DNA of 64,000 nucleotides from a virus (Duplodnaviria; Caudoviricetes): IMG/VR virus record IMGVR_UViG_3300032038_000040, positions 1 to 64,000 of that record; one strand, 5' to 3'. Shown piece by piece: positions 52,601 to 64,000 of this stretch (position 1 is its first letter; each line of letters starts with the position of its first letter). The notes under the pieces were generated by a model. It saw only the letters and a program-made list of their open reading frames with translations, ran no database searches and was not told where the DNA came from. The position numbers and the translations under genes were made by a program.

Positions 52601-55600
52601 CTCTTGTATATATTCCTTGTAAGTCTGCTTTTTAGCAAGTCTGATAACAGCATCTTCATTTATTACTACATATTCAGTATTGTCTGCCCACATGGTTCCC
52701 TTATCAAGGATTATAACATCAGCATTAGTTCCTTTTCCATTTAAAGTATAGTCTCTCATGTCTTTAAACCGTACTACTTTTGCATCCTTCTTTATTTTAT
52801 ATGCACTAACTTTAGCATAATCTCCTGTATAATGACGATTTCTTTGGGTTACAACCTCGCCATTTCTCATGAAAGTTTCATCTGACTTATCTGTTCTGGC
52901 TTTAGCATAATCTTCAGCTTCTTCCTTAGATGATGTGAAATACAGTGCTCCTTTTAATGAATCATCATAATCTATAGCAGTATGTCCTACAGTCTCACTC
53001 AAGTTTTCTGCTTCTCTATCTTCTGTAAGAGCGTACCCTCTGTACATTACAACGTCTTTTCCATTACCATCTTTAAGAGCCTCTTTTTGATTTGCACTTT
53101 CCTTTTCATATTCAGCTTTTGTAAGGAGAGTACCTCCGTCTTTACTCTTAAACACAATGTTTAATTCAGTGCTAAATCCAAAGTTAGATGCCTGTACAAG
53201 AGGACCACCAGCTATTTTTTGTTTATTTATTCTATTTTTTATAATTGAATACAATAGCTGTTCTACTCTTTTACTTTGAATAGGATCTGACAAAGGAAAA
53301 TTAAAATTACCATATTCATCGAGAGACACTGCATCCAAAAGCTCTATTCCATATCTAGGAGAATTAATTATCTCTTCTCTTAGTAAGTTTGCTATCCTTA
53401 TATTTTGTTCCTGTTCACTTCCATCAAGTCTCAGTTCTGTTCTTAATATATTTACACTTTCAGATATATTCTCGGCTACAATATTCTCAAATTCTTTTTT
53501 ATATTCTCTTGCACTGAGAGACCTTGTTTCTCCTGTTCTTGAATCATAAAAGTCATATTTAGCCTCACTGCCATCAATATTTGTATATGCTAAGTCAGAA
53601 TTAAGCACATATCTTACCTATGAACCAAATAATTGTGCATGGTCTTTAAAGTGATCAGGAATTTCCTGCTGAATAGAATAATCTTCAAATGGAATCTCGA
53701 ACACATAATCTGAATTATATCCTTTATTTGCATCTCCTATTATGGCCATCATATGTTGATAGGCAGCTTCTTCACTATCAAACTTAGACAGATCTATAGT
53801 TTTCATTTTTCCTACCTTCACAGCAGATTCAAACTGAATGGTATCTATACCTTTCTTTTTATTTATTTTTGCTGTATCTTCCATCACCCTAAATAAGGCT
53901 CTTAGAAGATTAGGTCTTGATGTGGAATGTCCTTGAAGCATAGCATCTGCCATCATTATCAGATATTCAGAGTTCTTGTTTTGCACTCCAATTTTAAGAT
54001 TTGTTATTGGTGCATCTACTTGAGAACTTTTAAATACTTGAGAATATACGAATGGCTTAAGAGGTTGAAACGCTTTCTGTATATCAGAAGCATTCCATTC
54101 TCCCTACATTATCTTTTCATATGTCCTTTCTGCCTATTCAGACCATTTACCAAACATGAGGGCTTTCTTTCTATATGCAGTTGGAGAAGAGAAACCCTAG
54201 GCATCAGCCACATTGATATTCCAAAATAATCCTCCATTATCTTTTATAGAGCCATCTTCATTGTAAGTTCTAGGTCTTACTAGGCTGTTTTTAAGCTATT
54301 CATATCCAGCTCTTTCCTAATCACTTTTAGATTCTGCAATCTTCTTGTCAAAGACTTCCGCAATGTTATCACAAATGTTCGATACAAAGTCTTCTATGTC
54401 TTTAAGATAAAATGTTCTCTAGATTCCATCAGATACTCTTTCTCCTTTAAAGTCAGTAGCCAATACATTAGGTCTGAGTCCAGGAGCATGAATTTCAGCA
54501 AGTCTCTTCTGCAAATCCACAGCATTTTTATACATTGCAGGATCAGTAATTGTAAGTTCAAGGATATTAGCAGAAGCATAAACATCATTCCAAAGGAATT
54601 CCCTCAAGTTTCCCTCTAAGTTACTACTATCTAAGCCCTTTATATTATTCATATTCTCTAAAAGACCTGAACTCTTCCAATTTTCGATAGTCTCCGTAAC
54701 TCTGGCATCTATATTATCTATAATAGATTGCCGCAACAATGTCACAAGTTCCGATGTATCCCAAATATCTAGGACTTCACCATCTTCTGCAAGACTTATT
54801 TGCTTATCAAGCAACTTTCCAAGCTCTGTGCCATTTTCTCTTTCTGTCTGCAAGAAATCAAGCATTACAAACTTCCTACCATTTTTTTCATAGTTACTTA
54901 TGGCTGCAACCTGTTTTCCTTCCAGTGCTCTTAAATTAAATGTAGCTATTCTTGCTATCTCTTGTCTGGCTATTTTCATAAATCCATCTACAATAGCAGC
55001 TTTGGCAGTAGACTCTGTTCCTGCGGAGAAATCTCCCTAAAAGCGTTTAAATTTAATAAATTCAAAAGATGGTTTATTACTTAGCATTGGAATCTTATAG
55101 AAAGCCTCATCAACAGCACTTTTCAAACTCCTGTCAGTAAAATATTGAGCAAGGGCAGCCAAGACATACTATTCTGGAAGCATATCTTTCATATAGTTTT
55201 TTCCATCAAAACTAAGTTGTACAATATGATCAAATTTCTATTTCCTTTGTTCTGGAGTCATATTTGCCAACCATTCCAAAATTTCTATGTTCCACTCTTC
55301 AGTGTCCTAATTTTTGAACCATTCTGATTGACCATATTCTTCCTCAATAAATTTATTGAATTCCTCTTCAGTACTGTTTGCAATTTTTTGTACTAATTTA
55401 GTCATATAAGATGGAGTCACATACTCCTAATATGTCTTTCCATTATCATAAGTGACATTATCTCTTGTTAAACCAAGAGAATCTTGGAATGGCTTAATGA
55501 AACTTATGACATTTCCAGCAATTCCCTTTTTATAGTCCGTAATATCATATGTGGAATTATTCTTATTTGCATTTAAATTCTTTAATATATATTGTAGAGA

Positions 55601-58600
55601 TGACCTTATAGAAGTAATATCCTAAGAACTGAGAGTCTTTTCTTCAATAGCAGACTAAGGAATCTCATACCCAAGATATTTACTTATTTCCCTGATGGTA
55701 TTAAATACTTCAACCTGATTAAAGTCTGATATTTGCTTGTTGTCTTTGTCTGTTACCTGAGTTCTTAACTGGTCACTAAGTTTATTTAACTGATCTAAGG
55801 AAGTCAAATTAATTTTTCCGTTGCTCAGTATAGGATGAGTTCCAAGTAGTTGCAATGCTTGCAACTGTCCTTTTACTTCTTTATTAAGAGGATTAGTATT
55901 TGCAGGTATAGACTTGAGAACACCCTTTTCCTTAATTACAATAGTATAATTCTAATGATGCTTACATATTGTAGTAAAGAACTGACTCTAAAATACCGCA
56001 TTTGGATTTTCTTTGCCATTTACTATTGTCAATTTTTCTACTAAGGGCTTTAACCAAGGATTATTCTCTACTTGTGCCTGCAATTTCTACAACATATCCT
56101 TATAAGAAATCATTCCCTATGTCCAATTGACTATTTTATTTATTGCTTCTGTGGCATCTTTTCTCTTTCTTATTCCATATTCATCTGTTCTATATATAGG
56201 ATTTCCCTCAGTATCAAAATCAGTAATATCAAAGAGCTTGTGCATTTCCCTTTTTACTTCCTAAGAAGCACTTAAAATATCCTGTGTCCTGCTCTCTGTC
56301 TGCCAATGCTCTTGCATATTTCCCTCAGTTTCTCTTAAAGCATCATCATCCTAAGAATTCTCATCTCTCTGAGAACCCTCAGTAGCTTTGGACATTTCTG
56401 ATGTGCTCAAGAAAGTGAATCCCTCGAGTTCAAATATTTCATCTGCAGCTAAAGTCATAAGTCCGCCAAAGTTTTCTGAGAATACTTCTGCTTTAGTTAC
56501 AGTATCGTCCTCCAGGTTCTCATTTACTTCAAAATCCAACTATTCATTTTCTACAAAAAGTTCTGCATTAGCTAATTTAATGAGATTGTCAGCTCCAATA
56601 TAATTCACTGTCTGCAATCTGGACATTCCTTTTAGTTTCTCAATTTCTTTTCCTTTTTTATCTTCTGCAATTTCTTTACCAAAATTATCAAAAATAGCTT
56701 CAGGATGCTCTTGATAATAAGTTATCATATCACTTATCTTTGTAGCTACAGACTATGCTACCTCTCTTATTTCCTAAGAAGGTATATGTATTCTACCATT
56801 GTTTTTTATAGCTTGAATTTGCTTTATGCCTCTTTCTACAGAAGACTCTTTCTTTTCTCTTTTTGTTTGTTTATTAGTTTCAGTATTTTCTTGTGTTGAA
56901 GGAGTAATAACTTCAGATTGTTTGGCTTCCATTGATTCTGGAGTCAATCCATATTGCAGGGCATTATTCTTTTGCTCTACATCCATTCTATAAATTTCTT
57001 CTTTCAAAGAAGATAATTTTTCTTGTAGATATTTATATGCTTCCGAATTTTTTACCAGCCCCTTTCCTAAATCACTAATTGGAAGAGCTATTTTCAATCC
57101 TGCTCTAGCCATTTCCAGAGCTCTGTTAATAGCATTATCTACGGACAATTTAATATCATTAACATTCTAAGATGATGTATCTATGAAAAGCTGATTTGCT
57201 AAAGAACTTTGTTCACTGCCCTCCAATATATAAACTGTTTTTGGATTCTCCTATATAGTTCTCGTTGTTGGATTTTCAATAAATTCTACTCCAACATTCT
57301 TAAATTCCTAAGGAATTAAAGAAGGGTCTGTACGTTTGAGTACTTCCAATGCCTCTGCAGGAGTCAAAGGATTTTGTCTATCTCCAGACATGAAGTTGTA
57401 TTCTTCCTTTTCAGCCAGTGCTTCCGGAGCATTAGGGAACTAATCAGTAACCCAAACTCCACCACCTTCAAAATAAGGCTGTAATAATGCAGAGGCTGCC
57501 TCTCTTAATTCTTGTTCCTACAATTCAAGAGATGCCATAGCATGAGTACTTCCCCAAATAGAGCCATTAATTCTCTCATATTCAGAAACAGCATCTGTTA
57601 AATCCATTTCCTCGTTACAAACCTTATTATATAGCTCAGGACTAACATCACTCAATCTCAATGCAAGCTCATATTCATAGGCTTCTGCTTCTTTTTGTGC
57701 TTCCTACCACTCTTCTTTTTGTGATTCTGAATAGGAATTCTACATTTCCCTTATTCCTTCTTCTATAACCTCTTGGTTTATGGTTACTATACCATTATTA
57801 ATAGAAACTGCGTCCTAAGAGAAACCTAAATTCTATATCACATCCAACAGAACATCCTAAGCAAGCTTGTAATCAGCTACTACTTCAGCATTCTCTTCTC
57901 TTTTTAGCTTCTTAAGCCAATAATTGCCATGATAAGAATGTAAAATATATTCACCTCCTTCTGACTAGATACTATTAACACGATTGAATTTAAATCTGGT
58001 ATTCATTAAGAAATCAATCACTTCTGTGCTGTTATTGAACAGTCTTGGAGTCACACTGTCAACACTTATAATCTTATTTCCTCTATAAGCATTGTATGAA
58101 TCCCGCTGTTCTTGTATCTTTGCCTGCTAGGTCTTAATATCTATTACATTATTAATCTGCTTTAATACTCCTTCAAAGACACTGCCTTGTATGTCAATAC
58201 CAAAATATTTGTTGAAAAATTTAGCAAAGGCATTAACAATCTTATCCCATACAGACTATTTATTGTCGGGATCTTTAATTTGTGCCAATTCTTTTTGGAA
58301 TTCTATATTACTGGCAGCTTCAGATAAGAACTCATGTAGGTTACTCATTCCATAGAATGACGCTGCTCTCTATCCTAATGCAGTCTTGGATAAATCATAT
58401 AATCTAGAAACTTCATTATAGAAATCAGACTCTTCTTTGGACAGGGTGTCGGGAGCTTCCTCTCCACGATCTATTATATCAATACTAAAGGTGTGCAGGC
58501 ATTCATGCAGCAACATATTTGTAAGTTCCCTGACTGTGCTTCCCTGAACCATTAAAGGATTAATTCTAATCACTCCATTATTAGCATCTGCAAGAGGAAC

Positions 58601-61600
58601 AAATGAAGTTTTGGTTCCATCAGCTCTCATATGTTCTATTCTCTATAATGCCACAGCTTTTATTACAGGAAATGCCCCTCTCTTCTAGTATGAATCTAAT
58701 ATAGCTTCAAACAGGGTTGTTCTAGGCCCTGTCTATGTGCTCAAGTAATCAGAAAGCTGTTTCCATAGCCTGTTATTAAGTTGGAATGGAAAAGCTCTTT
58801 GCGGAAATCCAGAGGCCACTACCCAACCTTTTACTTTGGCATCATAATACATTCTACAAGCATTCTTGCCTAATAGATTTCTTCCTTTCTATAAATAGTC
58901 ATATGCAGAAGAGAAGTCTTTAAATAATTTTGGTCTGGAGAAATGCTTTCTGAACATATCTAATTGACCTGGAGACATAGGATTATTTTCTGGAATAGAA
59001 GGAAGGTCGTCAAGACTTTCTTCTAAATCACTTATAGATCTCTTTATCATTTCCTCTGCATTAGGAAGAACTTCTTCAGGAGTTTTCTCCATAGCTTCCT
59101 TGTCTTCCTATTCTACCATATCTTCATCTGCAAGGTCTTCACTTTGAGATTCCTCTCCTCTTAATGCAGTATAATAGTCATTAATGTCCATTGCCTAGGC
59201 CTGCAAAGTAGAATATGTTAAACTCTCTGCTTGTTCTAAGGCATTTTTATCTACTTCTCTGTTAGTAATTCCCTTCAAGAAATCTATGATGCTATGCCAT
59301 ATTTCCTGTAACATCGACTTAAATTCCTTATTATTCATAGGAGGAACATTTTCCAATAACTCCCTAAGAGAATCATTTGTAAAGACCTCAGCCAAGAATT
59401 CTATAGCATCAGTAAATCCATATACAGGTGCTGGTGATGATGGTGATGTAGGAAACAATACAGATGAATCTAATCCACTTTCTTCTATGTAGTCTCTTAC
59501 ATGATCCATGAATCTGTTAATATAATCAGCAAATTCTTTTCCTTCTTCAGTAGCAGAAGAAAGCTGATATAAGGTTCCTGCATGAATCATTTCATGCATA
59601 ATTGTATTACAATCTGCTTGATTAGAAATCCAGATTTCATTCTTATAAGCATAGTACTAGGCAGGAACTAAATTTCCATTATCTGATTTTATTTCATTTC
59701 CACCAATACGAATTTTTACATCTGGATTGGCTTTTTCTATTAAATCAAATAAAATTTTAAATTCACTATGCTCAGCAGTTACTTTATCTCTTACTTCCTA
59801 GAAAGTACCATCTCTTTGAGTAGTTTCATTTTTATATACTGCAAATAGTGGATTATTAACTAAATCTTTCTATGCCTAATTTAATTTTCTCTCTAACTTT
59901 GAATTATATTCGGAGTCATAGTTTATGTCATTGCTCCTTTCAGAAAATTCTCCTGTATTAGTAGTTGCAGACTTTATCTGGTTTGGATCTTTAGCTGCAT
60001 ACCATACTTGTCCATTACCAAAGTCATGAATCATGCCATCATTTCCTGATTTCATTACTCCTTCAGCAGGATTCTTGACATTCAGGAATACTGGCATATT
60101 TATTTGACGGCTGCTTCCTTGGTAATTGGAGAAATAGAATCCTCTTCCAAACAACGCACTTCCTGTTAAACTTCCTATAAAGGACCTTAACTTTGAGAAT
60201 TTCGTAAATTTATTATTTGTGTTGTGGTATACTACCAAAGGCTCTCCGTTCTCATCAACTATTTTAGAGACAGAATTATTTTGTGTTATTTCAGCAATAG
60301 CTTCTTTTAGAAGATTTCTTTTTTCAGCGATTTCCCCATTTATAACTTCCTTAATAGGTACATTGCTATACTCATCTATATCTTCTAAATTCCTTCCTCT
60401 TGTAATGTCAGCAATGTGTAAAGCTATTAATACTTCAATAGCATCATTCACATTAAGATTTCTTTTGACAGCATCATTTACAATTCTCCTGGCATCTTCT
60501 GCTGTAAAAGATTTATCCTCTTCAAGGGTCATCATGTGATTAGCGATTGCAAATTTTGCAAGTCCACTAATCTTACCTTTAAATATCTTGTCAAGTATTT
60601 GTTCACTTTGAAAACCATGCTTATGACCCCCATGGAAAGGTTTGGCTATATCATGCAGTGCTGCAGCAACAATCAAACTTTGCTTGAGGTCTTCTGTAAT
60701 GTCAGCTACTTGTGCAGACTTAACAACATTCTGAAGATGCTCTAATGTATTATTTTCTCCTATATGATGTTCTTTTCTTTCTCTTAAGGTTTTTCTACCT
60801 CTAGCAAATAAAGACTCGTCAGCATTTTTAAAATAGTTATCAGTAAGTTCCTCTAATTTTTCAAAGTTAATGCTACCACCTTCATTTAAAATTTCGAGTG
60901 TGTTCAGTTTGCTTTCTGCCAAAGATTCCCAATCACCAAACCAGTTCTTGAATGCCTTTGTCCTTACCTGCAGCCATTGACGCTCTGTGAGATTTGTAGG
61001 CTTGCCATTAGGTGCTTTCATGAAAGTACCGTCAGCTATTGCCTGTTGTTTTATGGACTGCATTTCATTGTCATATCGAACTTGCATATCTCTAAAACGA
61101 GCCTCATTGGCATCAAGAATTTTTTCTATGGCAGACTCAGCATCTCTAAGTAAAGTATTATTTGAGTTTATGTGCAACAAGTTCTTGAACCATTCTATCA
61201 TTCTTTGAAATATATTGCCTTTTCTTGTTGATGGGAGTGCTCTCAATACTTCTCTAAATGCCTTTCTTCCCAAAAATTCAGCAACAAATTCATTAGCATC
61301 CTTTCCTGCATAACCCAAATCAATGCCATACTATACACCTAAACTTCTATAATCCTTGAATATCTACAACAAATCTCTTTTAGCTTCAAAATCAAGACCC
61401 TCCAATATATCTATAGTGAGTTCATGACCTATTTCGTGTATTACAGTACTTTCAAAATTATTGATTGCGATGCTTCTATTTTTCCCCTACAGGGCAGTGC
61501 CATTTATTTCTATTTCTCCACTTCTTCTTCTATATCCTCTGGCACCCTCTCGTTTACCAGTATAAGTAATTTCTTTCTCTGCAATTTCTTTAATGTCTGA

Positions 61601-64000
61601 AATTCTATTAAGCAGAGATTTAGCCATCACTCTTATAGCCTTATCAGAGGATTTTTTGGATATATAAGTAAGAATATCTTTGATGTTTGCTTTGTTGTCA
61701 GGAAAATATTTTGACACATTAATATCAAAATACTTTTCTCCAAGCTTACTGTTCATGTAATCTTGGATTCTTTGAGCTACTTCCTGCTGTACATCCAAAG
61801 GCAGATTCCATTGATTTGCTCTTATTTTAGCCAAATCTCCATGTAACTATTTTGTCAAAAGTCCAAATCTTTTAGACTTGGCTGAGCCTCTTTGTTTTTC
61901 TGGAACATACCAAGCGAAATCCCAAATATCTTTCTATCTTTGCCAGCGTACTTTCTTACTCATAGCGTTTTCTGCATTTGATATAAGATATTCGGAATCT
62001 CCTATTTTCTATTTCCTAAATCCATAAATATTAGGAGATTCTCCAATAAAGAAATCCAATAATTTGCCTTTTACTCCATCATTTAAATATAGTTCTTGTT
62101 TGGATAATTGCATTCTTCCTATCTCATTTCCATTCTCATCTTTAATAATTTGGAAATCTTTTACTGTAGGATGACTTTCCAAAGTAAACTTTCTATCCAT
62201 TGAGATGTATGTTTCGGTGGAATTCTTTCTATTATCTGTATCTATAATAGTTCTTACGTGTTGAATATTAGGAAACAGGGAATGTAACTTTTCTTCCAGT
62301 TGTGCTTTAGTAGTTCCATTTTCAGTACTGAAGTCAATATCATGTAATGGATTACTAGATGGACGATACACAGTTCCCTAAAGTCTTACTGCAGTACTCC
62401 CAGTTAAAGCTATTCCAGCATCTGATAATTTTTTTATTATTTCTGCCTCATATGGATTCTCTTTAAATGCCTGCTCTACATCTAAGAGTTCGGCTAGCTA
62501 TGTTGAGTTGCCTTTAATTCTTGTTCCTCTTATTAAAGAATAATCCTCTCTTCCAAGAGATTCTACTATATTTCTAACCAGTTGCTTTCTTTCATTTACT
62601 CTATTGCCATAAAACAATTTGCTGAAGAAGTCAGAAATAACATTCCAAATTCTTCTAGCTAAAGATGTTTTTCCAATTTCTCCTGTATATGCATTTCTCC
62701 ATTCTGTTGCTATTTGTTTTCCTATAGAACGAAAGGCTTGATCTTTTCCAGGGAATCTATTCATGATGTCTGCAAGAGAAACCTTTTTCCTACCTACTAA
62801 TTTGGCTACTCCAATAGGCAAAGTAAATATTTTATCTTGAGGATTTTGAATCATTTTTTCAAGAGCACTTTCTGGAATAATGAAATCCAATCCTTTCATC
62901 TGCTCATGAATAAGCCACTTTCTCATTGCTGGATTAAATTGCATCATAAAAGCAATAGCATATCCAACCCCATCAGTAATTTCTGAGGCATTTCTTGTAG
63001 TTATGGCTCTATGTAAAGCATCAAAAAGAGGAACATTGCCATTATAACTGGCTGCTTCCTAATGAGTCATTCCAAAAGACTCGAGAAAACTATTGATACT
63101 TTCATCTAAAGTAGTTAGTCTATTAGGGAGAGGCTATTTAAAAGAGGAATCTGTCAATAGCTTGTCTGCCAAGTGTTCTTTTGATGAAAGTTGAATTTTT
63201 TCAGCATCATTTTGAGTTGCGTTTATTTTTTCTCTTGTCTGTTCATGATACTGAATATTATCATATTTATTTATTCTGCTCTCCTCAGTAGTTCTTCTAT
63301 TTGTTTCTTTTGCACTTTCATTGTATATTATTACATCGGCACTTTCCAAGAAAGAACTATTCGCAGTTATGACAGTTTTACCTTGCTTAACTAGTTTCTA
63401 TATTTCCTCCCTGTATTTTTTCCCAAACTCTTTCTTCTACTATGCAGACAAAGTATTAAAGAAAAATCCAGCAGTATCTCTTGATACTCCCAAAACTTTT
63501 CCTAAAATAACATCAGAATCTATCACATTTACATTATCTGCAATTGTGGTTTTTCCTGTTCCAGCTTCTGCATAAATTAATTTTCCTTTGTACTCTTGTT
63601 TTAAAGGAGTGGCATTAAAGGTTTTTAAGTTTCCATCAGAATCTTTCATAACAGGAGTACTGACAGAGCATTCATATCTTCCATCAGGCAATTCTTTTTT
63701 ATTTATTGATTCTGGATTAAAGAATCTCCCTGCGTCTGCTATATAATCATTTGGATTATCTACTATTACCGGATCACTATATTTATTCCACCAAAGTTGC
63801 ATTTGTGCATCAGAGGTTATTACATTATCCTCACTATGAAGGTGGTCTCTAATCCAATCATCACTAGCAAATTCATCAGTATTATTCTAATTTTGATACT
63901 AGTGCTGTAAATTTCTTAAATGTCCAGAACTAATATTCAGTCTTTTTGCCTATTCTTTGAATTCTGTGTTATGTATATTTACGCAACTCATATTGTTATT
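49697..64000 (-). CDS. Giant virion RNA polymerase with polyvalent domains, >4760 aa, 5' end outside the window (TAG read as Gln)
   Basis: 19 track fragments are in one frame, and spot-checked gaps contain only TAG. GSDFDIDK (DFDID at 52325-52339), GYRIPTE, FESAVKVG and DA*G match crAss-like two-barrel vRNAP motifs. Confidence 0.88.

Noticed and set aside
52630-53085. vRNAP insert as an intein
   Set aside because: No N-terminal Cys/Ser block, C-terminal His-Asn or LAGLIDADG motifs were seen.
45909-63575. Plus-strand ORFs within the right-hand late block
   Set aside because: They are low-complexity F/L/I/S-rich antisense shadows of the two giant minus-strand genes.

Overview
This is a 64-kb segment of a crAss-like (Crassvirales) phage genome with a Bacteroidota host, organised in three blocks. 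(1) 1-14.6 kb, minus strand: late virion genes (tail-fibre-like proteins, portal, terminase, GroES-like, IHF-like, holin-like) plus three tRNAs, one of them an amber suppressor (anticodon CUA). (2) 14.6-45.8 kb, plus strand: early genes behind a repeated phage promoter motif, a tRNA-like element, a ~950-nt highly structured non-coding RNA, a replication and nucleotide-metabolism module (SF2 helicase, DnaB, SSB, primase, rIIA/B, UDG, class II RNR, dUTPase, PolA, ThyX), an array of small ORFs and a GH16-like protein. (3) 45.8-64 kb, minus strand: a 1286-aa virion protein and a >4760-aa virion RNA polymerase (DFDID motif) fused to polyvalent effector domains. The minus-strand ORF fragments in the supplied track are broken at in-frame TAG codons and join into full-length genes if TAG is read as Gln, while plus-strand genes avoid TAG both as sense and as stop. 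The most notable candidates are the large ornate ncRNA, a self-contained suppressor-tRNA transcription unit with a four-way-junction leader RNA, and ART, HD, nucleotidyltransferase and protease domains carried on or inside the injected RNAP. All family assignments come from motif recognition by eye; no searches were run.
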